Shown piece after piece: positions 49,039 through 58,688 of a DNA stretch of 64,000 bases; position 1 is the first letter of the stretch; each line of letters starts with the position of its first letter. A program made the position numbers and the translations under genes. The notes under the pieces are model-generated. The model did no database searches. It was not told where the DNA came from and worked only from the letters and a program-made list of their open reading frames with translations. This stretch comes from an uncultured Thermoplasmatales archaeon. GTDB taxonomy: Archaea; Thermoplasmatota; E2; DHVEG-1. The stretch is taken from NCBI GenBank assembly GCA_964391965.1, contig CAYMOC010000002.1:16915-80914 (forward strand). Reading direction: 5' to 3'.

Positions 49039-50223
49039 TTATTTTAAAAGTTTAGGTAAAAATCTTACCAACGAAGGTGATTTCTTAATCAAAGGTTTAA
49101 CTAGTTTAGAAGGAAAATCTATATCCCCATGTTCATTTATCGTGTTAATTATTTTTTCATTTTCAAACTTTTTAATATAGAAATCTAATTCTTCATCAGC
49201 TAAGTTTTTGAATATTTTTCTAAATCTCATACCTATTTTGATTTCTTTACCAAGCATGTTTGTCCATTTTTTTTGATAAATACTAAGGTTTTTTGCTGTA
49301 AAATCATTATTTCCAAGAGAATTTAGTGCTGTTTCGGCACAAAAATCTGCTGAAACTAAACCAGGGTATAAACCACCACCGGATGTGGGTTTTACCTGAG
49401 ACGCTGCATCTCCAACGATCATAAGATTGTCATCAAAAGTTTTTTTTAGAAACCCAACAGGTATTATTCCACCGATATTTTTTGTAATTTTAATATTTTT
49501 AAAAATTTTTTTTGTGTGTTTATGTTTTAAAAAACGGTTGAAATAATATTTTGATGAATGTTTACAGTTCTGTTGTATACATAAACCTATTCTTGCCTTG
49601 GTTCCCTCATCGTTTAAAGGGATGATCCATGCAAAAAAACCTGGAGATATTTTGTTTCCAACAAATATTTCGACAAAATCAGGATCAAGTTTTGTGTTTA
49701 TAATTTCTGCTCCGATACCGATTAGTTTTTCTTCAGGTTCAGGTAGTTTGAATTGTTTTCTAACCCTGGATAATGCTCCATCTGCACCTATTAATAATTT
49801 AGTATTGTAAACGTTTTCTTTATTTGTTTTGATTTTTATTTGATTGTGTTTTTTAACGGTTTCAATAAATTTTTCATTTCTATAAATCTGTGTGTTGCTA
49901 TCAACTGAGTTTTCTATTAGTTTTTTATCAAAAAGCTGTCGGTCTATAACCAACGCATGTGTTTTATTTCCACCAAGTGTTAATATATGATTTGATGGAG
50001 AATGAACGTGAGCTCCTTTTATCTTATTTTGGAGTGATTCATTTTTATTTATATCAATAAGTTTAAAGATTCTTGATGTGACTAAACCTGCGCATTGAAT
50101 ATGTTGTCCTATTTCTTTGTTTTTCTCTATAATTACTACTTTGTAACCTTTTTTTGAGATTTTCTGAGCAACTGATGCGCCTATTGGCCCTCCGCCGATA
50201 ATTGTAACATCTGTTTCCATCAT
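49039..50223 (-). CDS. geranylgeranyl reductase family FAD-dependent oxidoreductase
   Basis: It has the motifs VTIIGGGPIGASVA and VGDAASQVKPTSGGGL. Confidence 0.6.
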   Translation of the reverse strand: MMETDVTIIGGGPIGASVAQKISKKGYKVVIIEKNKEIGQHIQCAGLVTSRIFKLIDINKNESLQNKIKGAHVHSPSNHILTLGGNKTHALVIDRQLFDKKLIENSVDSNTQIYRNEKFIETVKKHNQIKIKTNKENVYNTKLLIGADGALSRVRKQFKLPEPEEKLIGIGAEIINTKLDPDFVEIFVGNKISPGFFAWIIPLNDEGTKARIGLCIQQNCKHSSKYYFNRFLKHKHTKKIFKNIKITKNIGGIIPVGFLKKTFDDNLMIVGDAASQVKPTSGGGLYPGLVSADFCAETALNSLGNNDFTAKNLSIYQKKWTNMLGKEIKIGMRFRKIFKNLADEELDFYIKKFENEKIINTINEHGDIDFPSKLVKPLIKKSPSLVRFLPKLLK

Positions 50224-50311
50224 TTTTATACAAGAGATTGTGTAATGTGCCAAAGATTTATAATGGAATCGTTGATTCACTGGCTTTAACAAAAAATACA
50301 AGAGTTTTTTA

Positions 50312-50674
50312 ATGGAGTATCAAAACGCTATGGGCCTGTTTAAAAAAATCAAAGAGACATTTTTTACATTTAAGAAAAAAGAGAAAAAATCTAAAAACGA
50401 TGATGATAAAAACTATGATGAAATGTTGTGTCGTTTTGTTCTAGATGGATCTGGTAACACTGTTGGAGAAAGTATAGCGGTTAATGAAAACGAAAGCGTT
50501 ATGATTATTAAATCTGATAAAAATTACCTTGGTGTTCCATTGAAACATATTGAAAAAAGAGGGAAAACTCTTCTTGTAAAAGGTTTGGTTGATCAGGAAA
50601 AAGCAAGTATTATGGGCGAACAATGGCGTAAGGAATCATATCAAGAGATAAAACATTCAAAAGAAAGTGAATAA
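50312..50674 (+). CDS. hypothetical protein (possible PRC-barrel-like)
   Basis: This is an acidic/basic small protein with weak resemblance only. Confidence 0.25.
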   Translation: MEYQNAMGLFKKIKETFFTFKKKEKKSKNDDDKNYDEMLCRFVLDGSGNTVGESIAVNENESVMIIKSDKNYLGVPLKHIEKRGKTLLVKGLVDQEKASIMGEQWRKESYQEIKHSKESE

Positions 50675-50695
50675 AAAATGTGTTTTGAATATAAA

Positions 50696-51037
50696 ATGGT
50701 GATAGTAACAAGAAAAGATCTTAAACTTTCACCAGGTAAACTTGCTGCTCAAGTTGCTCATGCTGCCGTGGAATGTGCCTTTGGTACTAAAAAAAATAAT
50801 TCCAAATGGTTTAAAAAATGGCAGCAGGAAGGCGCTAAAAAAGTTGTAGCAAAAACAACTTCAGAAAAAGATTTTTTTATTTTAAGAGAAAAAGCAAAAG
50901 ATCTCGGGGTTTTTACAAAAATAATAACTGATGCAGGACATACTGAGATAGCTGCGGGTACTAAAACTGTTTTAGGTGTTGGACCCGCGCCATCTAATAT
51001 TATCGATCAAATAACTGGAGAACTGACTTTACTATAA
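50696..51037 (+). CDS. pth2: peptidyl-tRNA hydrolase, archaeal type
   Basis: MVIVTRKDLKLSPGKLAAQVAHAAV matches the Pth2 family. Confidence 0.75.
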   Translation: MVIVTRKDLKLSPGKLAAQVAHAAVECAFGTKKNNSKWFKKWQQEGAKKVVAKTTSEKDFFILREKAKDLGVFTKIITDAGHTEIAAGTKTVLGVGPAPSNIIDQITGELTLL

Positions 51038-51291
51038 AGAAATAACAAAAAAGTTTTTTTGGGTTTTTCTATTTTCTCTTTTTTTATGATTAGAAACAAT
51101 TGCTGAATTTAGCGCTGTAACGATATGTATAAACTTGCTATTAAAAATCAAATTAATGGGTTTTATTTTTTTAAAATGAGTTATGATATATATCAATATA
51201 TTTTTTAAAATACTATAACATTTTCACAAAAAAAAGAGTTTTTCCCAAAACTTAAATATAAAAATATTCTTTTGCGAATAAATGTGGTAGT

Positions 51292-52101
51292 GTGAAGAAA
51301 AATATAGTTGTGATGCTAATATTGATGCTGTTAGTAGGCTTAGTTTTTAGTGGTTGCATTGGAACTGATGATGAAAATAATGATGAATCTGATAATGTAG
51401 ACAACGATGTTGATGGCAATGATGGAAAAATGACAGGAACGGCCAACTATTCCGGAACATGGTCAGGTTCAATAGGTGGAGAATCCTATAGCGGAACATG
51501 GGAATTCGATGTCGACTTCGATGAAGGAACAGTAACCGGCTCGTTTTCAGGCGATGGCACAGGAGATATAACTGGAACAGTTTCCGATAGAGAAATACAG
51601 GCATCTGGGAACGCAGCCTTCGGCACCGTTGAATGGTCCGGTGATTTTACATCTAACGGCGAAGAAGTTTCAGGCACCTGGGAACTCGCTGGGGACTATG
51701 CCTACTCTGGATCTGGCACATGGAGTGGAGAATTAGGCGAAATAGAGAACGGAAATGACGGTGACAACGAGGATAATGGCGATGAAAATGGTCTGCCAGA
51801 CGAAGATCAAGTCGATGGAGATGAACCAATAGCCCGATATCCGGATTCAATTATGCTGGAGCATTCCAATTTCACATCTGAGGAGGGGCAGATAATAGAA
51901 ATCAATTATGGAACTACTGATAGTCTCGATGATGTTGTAGCCTGGTACAAACAAGAGTTAGGGGGACCTAACGCAGAAGAGAGCGAAGACGGTGAAACAA
52001 CACTTCACTATATGTTTGAAGAAGAGGAATATGCTAAGATAACAGTCTCAACAGATGAATATACTCTAATCGAACTCCGATATGGGGTTTCAGAGGGATA
52101 A
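51292..52101 (+). CDS. acidic secreted lipoprotein-like protein with GTW/SGTW repeats
   Basis: It has a signal peptide with Cys (VFSGCIG) and internal repeats. Its GC content is higher than the neighbouring genes. Confidence 0.45.
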   Translation: MKKNIVVMLILMLLVGLVFSGCIGTDDENNDESDNVDNDVDGNDGKMTGTANYSGTWSGSIGGESYSGTWEFDVDFDEGTVTGSFSGDGTGDITGTVSDREIQASGNAAFGTVEWSGDFTSNGEEVSGTWELAGDYAYSGSGTWSGELGEIENGNDGDNEDNGDENGLPDEDQVDGDEPIARYPDSIMLEHSNFTSEEGQIIEINYGTTDSLDDVVAWYKQELGGPNAEESEDGETTLHYMFEEEEYAKITVSTDEYTLIELRYGVSEG

Positions 52102-52168
52102 TATTACAATTCCATATTTCTTTATTTTTCTATTTCATCAATTTTTTCTTTAATTTTTAAGAAAAAAA

Positions 52169-53032
52169 TTATAGTTTTTTCTTTTTTAAAATTATAATCG
52201 CTACAGCTAAAGCGACAACAAATGCAAATAGTTCAAAACCTGGTATCCCGCCGTTATCATCTTCTTCAGTTTGTTCGTAAACTGTTCCAGTCATTTCATT
52301 CATAATACTAATTGAATCCTGATTCCATTGAGTTAAATCCACATCGCTAAAAGCTCTAACATATAATCGCACATCTTTCAGAATTTTATGTGTATCTTTT
52401 TCAGGTATTTCAAAAGGAATTTTACTACTGTTAAGTGGTCCATTCACATATTGTCTACCTCTAAATGTAGACCAATCATCATCCCCATTAGGACCTGTTC
52501 CAATAAACGTTAATTCAAAAGAGTAATCAGCTAAATCTAAACCTGATTGTTTAAACGGACTCATCCAAACATTTGCATGTTCAGCTGAGTCATCTTCATA
52601 GTAATTAACTAGAATATAGTAACATGCATAAACATCTCCAGATGTTGAACCATCAAAAGTCATGTCAAACTCTACATTATTATCCTTATTTGAATAATCT
52701 AAATCAAAATTTTTTATAGAAACAGAAATACTCTCATCAGTTGGTTTTTCTGAACCAGGTTCATTGTTAGAATCTTGATGATAAATTTTATAGTTTTCAT
52801 CAGATTCTTCAGGTGGTTCAATGTTTTCAATGTCTTCAGCTAAACCAAAAAGATTTTTAAAAAAATTGATTGTTTTATTTACAATTGGGATTTTTTTAAG
52901 GAATTCAAGAATTGGTCCATCACGATTATTTTTAAAAAAAACGTTTGTGTTATCTGTTTTTGCGTTTACAACCGTTACAAACATTGTAGTAAACAATAGC
53001 ATTGCTATTAAAAAAATTAATATTTTTTTCAT
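52169..53032 (-). CDS. PGF-CTERM sorting-signal surface protein
   Basis: It has a signal peptide and a C-terminal GGIPGFELFAFVVALAVAIIILKKKK. Confidence 0.5.
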   Translation of the reverse strand: MKKILIFLIAMLLFTTMFVTVVNAKTDNTNVFFKNNRDGPILEFLKKIPIVNKTINFFKNLFGLAEDIENIEPPEESDENYKIYHQDSNNEPGSEKPTDESISVSIKNFDLDYSNKDNNVEFDMTFDGSTSGDVYACYYILVNYYEDDSAEHANVWMSPFKQSGLDLADYSFELTFIGTGPNGDDDWSTFRGRQYVNGPLNSSKIPFEIPEKDTHKILKDVRLYVRAFSDVDLTQWNQDSISIMNEMTGTVYEQTEEDDNGGIPGFELFAFVVALAVAIIILKKKKL

Positions 53033-53146
53033 ACAAATTGCCCCATATATTAATATTTTTATACAAATCACTATTGTAATATTTCTTATATAATTATCGC
53101 TGTTTTTTTAAGTAAAAAAATAAAACTTAGATAAAAAAGAGAGGGG

Positions 53147-53890
53147 TTATTTTCTTTTTCTTAAAAAGATTAAAGCCAACCCAATTGCAGCTAATAATGA
53201 AATTATTTCAAAACCAGGTATGCTTCCTCCGCCATTATCACCGTCGTCATTTGAAGAAGATGCAGAAGGATACATGCTTCCAGCCCATTCACCAGGCCCC
53301 AAAGGTGCAGCATCAACATAGGTTTTGGTTTCAAAATCTGTATTCTGCGGATTTTCTGTATCTATATTTGTATAATCAAAATTTGTTACAACCTCGGTTG
53401 TCACAGCCCAGAATTCAAAAGAGGGCTCATCTGTCTGAATTTCAAATGACGCAGTAAAAGTCTTATCTCCATTTGATAAAGGATTAGATATAGTTCCTAT
53501 ATTTTGAGAACCACCCTGAATTGTTTGATATGTCGCTGTACCGGAGGTTGTATAAGTAGCAGTATGCCAATAATCTGAATTATCAGGATCGCCATAATAT
53601 AATACATATGAGCAGATAGAACTTTGATTGAAAGACGGTATTTGTTCTTCCACAGATAAAGACATAGTAAGGTTATTACCATTTAATGAATAACTAGCTT
53701 TTATAATGTCAATATAGGGTCTATCTCCAACATTTTTTGAAGAAATTGAATAAGTATTTGCTCCAGTGTTTATTTTATAACAAAAAATATCATTTTTTTC
53801 ATCAGTTATCTCTTTTGCAGAAACTGTACATGTTATTAACAGCATACTAAAGATTGATATTAGAATAAATATTTTTTTAGATTTCAACAT
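53147..53890 (-). CDS. PGF-CTERM sorting-signal surface protein
   Basis: It has a signal peptide and a C-terminal GGSIPGFEIISLLAAIGLALIFLRKRK. Confidence 0.5.
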   Translation of the reverse strand: MLKSKKIFILISIFSMLLITCTVSAKEITDEKNDIFCYKINTGANTYSISSKNVGDRPYIDIIKASYSLNGNNLTMSLSVEEQIPSFNQSSICSYVLYYGDPDNSDYWHTATYTTSGTATYQTIQGGSQNIGTISNPLSNGDKTFTASFEIQTDEPSFEFWAVTTEVVTNFDYTNIDTENPQNTDFETKTYVDAAPLGPGEWAGSMYPSASSSNDDGDNGGGSIPGFEIISLLAAIGLALIFLRKRK

Positions 53891-53982
53891 TTTTTTTTCA
53901 ACATCCATAATATCAAAAAAGTTATTCCTTATTAGTTTAACTAAAAATTATAATGAATAAAAAAATAGAAAGGATTAAAAAT

Positions 53983-55248
53983 TTATTTTTTGTTTTTTCT
54001 TTTTAAGAGTATTAAGGCGATACCAATTGCTGCAATTAAAAAAACAGTTTCAAAACCAGGTATGCCGGACCCTGAACCGTCATCATCTGATGAATTTGAA
54101 CCATCATCTGATGAATTTGAACCATTTAGAGTATTAATGCTATATGAGTCTTGGTTCCATAGTGTTCCATTAGCATCTTTATAAGCTCTAACAAAAACTT
54201 CAGTTTTTGATAATGTTTTATTGGAATCTACATCCTCTGAGACAAGAGGAGAGGTTTCGGAATACGAGGTGTCAAGTGTACCTTTTATTTTGTATTCCCA
54301 GGTCTGCCAATTATCAGATAAGGATTTGAAATGATAAGCTTCAAACTCAGTTTCTCCCATAAAAGATCCAATTGCACTAAGATAAGAGGTCATATCGAAA
54401 CCAGACGTCCAGACATATTGTTCATCTGTTGTTCCATCACTGTAGTAATTAACAAGACAGATTTTACAATGATCAACCCCGCTTGTGGTTCCTGAAATTC
54501 TCATATCAACAGTACTTTTATTATCACTAGAGCTAAAATCATAATTTGCTGAATCAATTGAAACTTGAATAGATGTATCTGTAGGTGTTTCACTAGAAGG
54601 ATCTGTTGTGGTTTCAGTATAATTCATCATATCATCCATATCGTTAGGAATATCACCCCAACCATTATCAGAGGGGTCATCCTCTTCTTCCGGCTCTGTT
54701 CCATCATCTCCACTTGAATCTTGATAGTATGGTGCAAACATATCTGGTGCGTAATCATAATATGCCTCTGTGGCATCCACTGATTCAGATGCCATGCCAT
54801 ATATGTCAAAACTATCTTCAGGATGGTTAATATCAAAGATTGCAGTAAATGTATCTCCCGAAACAGGATCTGTTAACTGCCCCATTTCACCACTATACTT
54901 ATTGTTTCCTATCCACATCCCGCTGCCAGCTGAATAAGTTGCATAATATTGACCGGATGAATTTTCAAGATAAATGATATAAGTATGATACATGTCATTT
55001 TGTATCTCACCTTCTACGGTTAAAGATGCAGTGACTGTAGAACCTGAAATTTCATAACTAACACTTGTCACATCAACATTGTCTCTTGAACCTGAATATT
55101 GACGATAGGCCATACCTGAACCCCCAAGTTCATAAACCCAAACATCATCAGTATCATCATTTACAGTTGTTCCTGAGGCGCCAACACTCAAAAGAGTTAT
55201 TGCAATTAAACCTGCAATTATTAGACTTGTTTTTTTTAAAAGTTTCAT
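53983..55248 (-). CDS. PGF-CTERM surface protein, two-domain fusion of the neighbouring paralogue types
   Basis: It has a signal peptide and a C-terminal SGIPGFETVFLIAAIGIALILLKRKNKK. The N-domain resembles 53147-53890 and the C-domain resembles 52169-53032. Confidence 0.5.
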   Translation of the reverse strand: MKLLKKTSLIIAGLIAITLLSVGASGTTVNDDTDDVWVYELGGSGMAYRQYSGSRDNVDVTSVSYEISGSTVTASLTVEGEIQNDMYHTYIIYLENSSGQYYATYSAGSGMWIGNNKYSGEMGQLTDPVSGDTFTAIFDINHPEDSFDIYGMASESVDATEAYYDYAPDMFAPYYQDSSGDDGTEPEEEDDPSDNGWGDIPNDMDDMMNYTETTTDPSSETPTDTSIQVSIDSANYDFSSSDNKSTVDMRISGTTSGVDHCKICLVNYYSDGTTDEQYVWTSGFDMTSYLSAIGSFMGETEFEAYHFKSLSDNWQTWEYKIKGTLDTSYSETSPLVSEDVDSNKTLSKTEVFVRAYKDANGTLWNQDSYSINTLNGSNSSDDGSNSSDDDGSGSGIPGFETVFLIAAIGIALILLKRKNKK

Positions 55249-55340
55249 ATTTTATTTCCCTCGGCCAGTCGTAAAAGGTTTATTTCTTATAAAACTATTG
55301 AAAAGTTTTCTAAAGGTCTTTTTGTTTAATTTCTTTTATA

Positions 55341-55916
55341 TTGATGAAAAAACAAATAAGACTTCTTGGAATTGATGATTCTCCTTTTACCTTTAAAGAT
55401 AAGTTTTCCTCTGTTATCGGTGTGGTTATGCGTGGTGGAGAATACTTGGAATGTGTTTTAAAAGATAAAGTCGAGATTGATGGAGAGGATGCAACAAAGA
55501 TCGTTAAAAAAATGATAAAGAATACTCGTCATAAGAAACAACTTAAAGCTATGCTTCTTGATGGTGTGGCTTTAGGGGGTTTTAATGTTGTTGATATTGA
55601 CAATGTGTATGATTCAACAAATCTACCAGTTATAACGGTTACTAGAACTAAACCTTGTTTTAGTAAAATTAAAACTGCTCTAAAAAGTAATTTTGATGAT
55701 TGGAAGAGGCGTTGGAATATTATAAAATCTGGAGAGCTTTATAAGGTTGAAACAGGGTTTAATCCGATTTATGTTAAATGTTCAGGAATTGATTTTGAGG
55801 AGGCAAAAGAAATAATAAAGTTGTCTACGATACGAGGGGTCATACCTGAACCTGTCCGGGTTGCTCATCTTATAGCATCAGGTATCACTAGAGGTGAAAG
55901 CTATGGTAAAGCCTAA
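55341..55916 (+). CDS. DUF99/UPF0215-family protein
   Basis: The N-terminus RLLGIDDSPF is typical of archaeal DUF99. Confidence 0.4.
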   Translation: MMKKQIRLLGIDDSPFTFKDKFSSVIGVVMRGGEYLECVLKDKVEIDGEDATKIVKKMIKNTRHKKQLKAMLLDGVALGGFNVVDIDNVYDSTNLPVITVTRTKPCFSKIKTALKSNFDDWKRRWNIIKSGELYKVETGFNPIYVKCSGIDFEEAKEIIKLSTIRGVIPEPVRVAHLIASGITRGESYGKA

Positions 55917-56091
55917 AGCAATTGTTGATAAAGAAAAATGTCTTGCCTGTGGCGGTTGTATTAGTGTATGCCCACAGGATGCAATTTCATGGATTGGAAA
56001 TAAAGCCTTTGTAACTAAAGAAAAATGTATATCATGTAAGATTTGTTTTAAAACATGTCCAGTTGGAGCGATTTCTATGGAGGAGTACTAA
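55894..56091 (+). CDS. 2x[4Fe-4S] ferredoxin
   Basis: It has two CxxCxxCxxxCP motifs. It overlaps the upstream gene and ends 4 bp before the GGR gene. Confidence 0.6.
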   Translation: MKAMVKPKAIVDKEKCLACGGCISVCPQDAISWIGNKAFVTKEKCISCKICFKTCPVGAISMEEY

Positions 56092-56094
56092 AAT

Positions 56095-57291
56095 ATGAAA
56101 TATGATGTTGTTGTAGTTGGATCGGGGCCGGCGGGAAGCGTAACAGCTCGTTTTGCTGCTGAAAATGGTGCTAAAGTTCTTGTTATAGAAAGACGCGCTG
56201 AAATTGGTGTACCCGTTCTCTGTGGCGAAGGAATTAGCCGGAAAATTGATGACTGGGATATGCTCAAAGGAAATCGTTGGATAGCAGGTCGTATGGATGG
56301 AGCACGAATCTATTCACCAGATAAAACATGTGTAACCCTTGATGCAGATATGGCAGGTAATGAAACAGGATATGTTGTATACCGTGATGTGTTTGATCAA
56401 GAACTTGCTCGTCGTGCTGCAGAAGCAGGAGCAGATTTTATGATGAACACACAAGCAACAGGGCTAATAAAAAAGGATGGAGAAATAAAAGGAGTTACAG
56501 CTAAACATTTTGAAGAGGAAATACAGATAGAAGCAGATATCGTAGTTGGTGCCGATGGAGTAGAATCAAAAATTGGTCAGTGGGCTGGTCTTAAAACAAT
56601 CTTGAAACCACATGATTTGGAAACATGTTGTCAATACACTTTTACCAACTGTGAAAACCTGGATGCATATTGTGATTTCTATCTTGGAAAAAAAATAGCG
56701 CCAGGAGGATACATATGGGTTTTTCCAAAAAGTGATGGTACAGCCAATGTTGGTATAGGTATACTTGCAAGCCTTTCTGAACCTGGACTTGCTAAAAAAC
56801 TACTAGATGAATTCATAGAAAAAGATAAAAGATTTACTGATGCTCAACCAATACGTTTTCTAACTGGTGCAGTACCTGTTTCAGAACCCGCAGAAGAAAC
56901 AGTTGATGATAATCTGATTTTAGTTGGTGATGCGGCAAGACATGTAGATCCCATAACAGGCGGGGGTTTGACTCATAGTTTAGAAGTCGGAAAAATAGCT
57001 GGAGAGATTATCGGAAAAGCAGTAAAAAACAAGGATTTTTCAAAAGAATTCCTATCAGAATATCAAGAAAAATGGAAAAAAACAATAGGGAAAAAAATAA
57101 AACGTAACTACATGGTTAAAGAAATAATGCTTGACATGGAAGATAAAACATTCAATATGCTAGCGGATTCCTTAAAAGATTATAAATTCGAAGAACTCAG
57201 TACTTTTAGTTTAATAAAAGCACTAGTCGGAAAGCATCCTACACTCTTAATAAAATTAAAACCTCTTATGAAAGTTGCAAAAGAAAAATAA
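56095..57291 (+). CDS. digeranylgeranylglycerophospholipid (geranylgeranyl) reductase
   Basis: It has the motifs VVVGSGPAGS and LVGDAARHVDPITGGGL. Confidence 0.7.
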   Translation: MKYDVVVVGSGPAGSVTARFAAENGAKVLVIERRAEIGVPVLCGEGISRKIDDWDMLKGNRWIAGRMDGARIYSPDKTCVTLDADMAGNETGYVVYRDVFDQELARRAAEAGADFMMNTQATGLIKKDGEIKGVTAKHFEEEIQIEADIVVGADGVESKIGQWAGLKTILKPHDLETCCQYTFTNCENLDAYCDFYLGKKIAPGGYIWVFPKSDGTANVGIGILASLSEPGLAKKLLDEFIEKDKRFTDAQPIRFLTGAVPVSEPAEETVDDNLILVGDAARHVDPITGGGLTHSLEVGKIAGEIIGKAVKNKDFSKEFLSEYQEKWKKTIGKKIKRNYMVKEIMLDMEDKTFNMLADSLKDYKFEELSTFSLIKALVGKHPTLLIKLKPLMKVAKEK

Positions 57292-57310
57292 AAAATTGTT
57301 GTGTATTTGT

Positions 57311-58123
57311 ATGAAATGGGGAATTGTTTACAATTTACATACAAAAAAAGCATCATCTCTTGCTGAAGAAATATATGAATTTCTAAAAGAAAAACAAGAA
57401 GTTTTTTTGGAAAAAAAATTCTCCAAAAAAGACCGAGTAAAAGAACATTCCTTATCTGAAATTAATAAAAAATGTGATATAGTTGTAACCATTGGTGGAG
57501 ATGGAACTATTCTTCGTGCTCTTGAAAAAATAGATAAACCAATCTTTGCGATAAACTGCGGCGGGATGGGTTTTCTTTGTGAATCAGAATCTAAATATGC
57601 AAAAGAAGGAATAAATCGTGTTATTTCTGGTGATTATAATGTTGAAGAACGAGCTAAACTAAAAATAACACTTGATGGAAAAAGACTGCCTGATGCTGCA
57701 AACGAAGTAACTGTACAAACTGCAAGGATTGCAAAAATTATGTATTTACAGGTCTTTGTTGAAAACGAACTTTTAGAAACACTTGGTGCTGACGGAGTGA
57801 TTGTTGCAACACCAACTGGTAGTACAAGTTATGCTCTTAGCGCTGGTGGACCGATACTTGATCCTATGGTTAACGCGATGGTTATAGCGCCTCTTGCACC
57901 GTTTAAACTTGGTGCTCGTCCTTGGATTGTTCCTCTTAGTAAAAAAGTACAAATTAAGGTCCTTCCTAAAAGTGAGGATTCAAGTATTGTAATCGACGGG
58001 GAATCTCCTCAAAAAGTCGATACAGAAAGCGAAATTATGATTACGGGTTCTGAAAATAAGGCTCGTTTTGTTAGATTTGGTGAAAGCTTTTATCAGATGG
58101 TTAGATTAAAACTAGTTAGATAA
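57311..58123 (+). CDS. nadK: NAD kinase
   Basis: It has the GGDGT, NCGGMGFL and DGVIVATPTGSTSYALSAGGP motifs. Confidence 0.75.
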   Translation: MKWGIVYNLHTKKASSLAEEIYEFLKEKQEVFLEKKFSKKDRVKEHSLSEINKKCDIVVTIGGDGTILRALEKIDKPIFAINCGGMGFLCESESKYAKEGINRVISGDYNVEERAKLKITLDGKRLPDAANEVTVQTARIAKIMYLQVFVENELLETLGADGVIVATPTGSTSYALSAGGPILDPMVNAMVIAPLAPFKLGARPWIVPLSKKVQIKVLPKSEDSSIVIDGESPQKVDTESEIMITGSENKARFVRFGESFYQMVRLKLVR

Positions 58124-58138
58124 AATCCTGAGTTTTTT

Positions 58139-58561
58139 ATGTTTTTTAAAAAAAAGAAAAAGGATAGGAAAATAGTTGATCCTGTGAAACCCTGGCGTAT
58201 TACAAAGAGTTGTCTTGAGATGATTTTGGAGTCTTCTAAAGATGTTTTTCCAAAAGAATTTGGTGGGCTTCTTAGAGTTGATAGCTATGATAAACATTTG
58301 ATAACAGAAATTGTTATGCTCCCGGGCACCATTTCAGGTAATACTCATGCGATTTTTCAGATGCATATGAGACCCATTGATTATAGTATTATTGGAACGG
58401 TTCATAGTCATCCTTCAGGATCTTTTTATCCTTCAAATGCAGATAAGGAGATGTTTAGAAAGTATGGTAAAGTTCATATTATTGTTGCTTCTCCTTTTTC
58501 TTTTGAGTCGTGGAGTGCTTATGATTATGATGGTGAAAAAATAAAGTTAGAAATTTTTTAA
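58139..58561 (+). CDS. JAMM/MPN+ metalloprotease
   Basis: It has the JAMM motif E…HSHPSGSFYPSNAD. Confidence 0.55.
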   Translation: MFFKKKKKDRKIVDPVKPWRITKSCLEMILESSKDVFPKEFGGLLRVDSYDKHLITEIVMLPGTISGNTHAIFQMHMRPIDYSIIGTVHSHPSGSFYPSNADKEMFRKYGKVHIIVASPFSFESWSAYDYDGEKIKLEIF

Positions 58562-58591
58562 AAAAAAAGTTTTTTTTATTTTGTTTTTTCT

Positions 58592-58651
58592 TGTCCGCAG
58601 CTTTTGCATTTTTTCCAACTATCAAGGTTTCCATGTCCGCAGTTTTTACAT
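58592..58651. repeat. 18-bp imperfect direct repeat TGTCCGCAG(C/T)TTTT(G/A)CAT x2, 42 bp apart
   Basis: The copies lie at 58592-58609 and 58634-58651, in a convergent 3' intergenic region. Confidence 0.4.
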
Positions 58652-58688
58652 ACCCAACCTGTCAAAAAATTATTCCTCCTGTATTGTA

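Noticed and set aside
51252-51850. Four His/Arg-rich antisense ORFs opposite the acidic lipoprotein gene
   Set aside because: They stay open only because the sense gene is GC-rich. They mirror the sense repeats.
52821-55274. Antisense ORFs over the PGF-CTERM gene array
   Set aside because: They are nested antisense.
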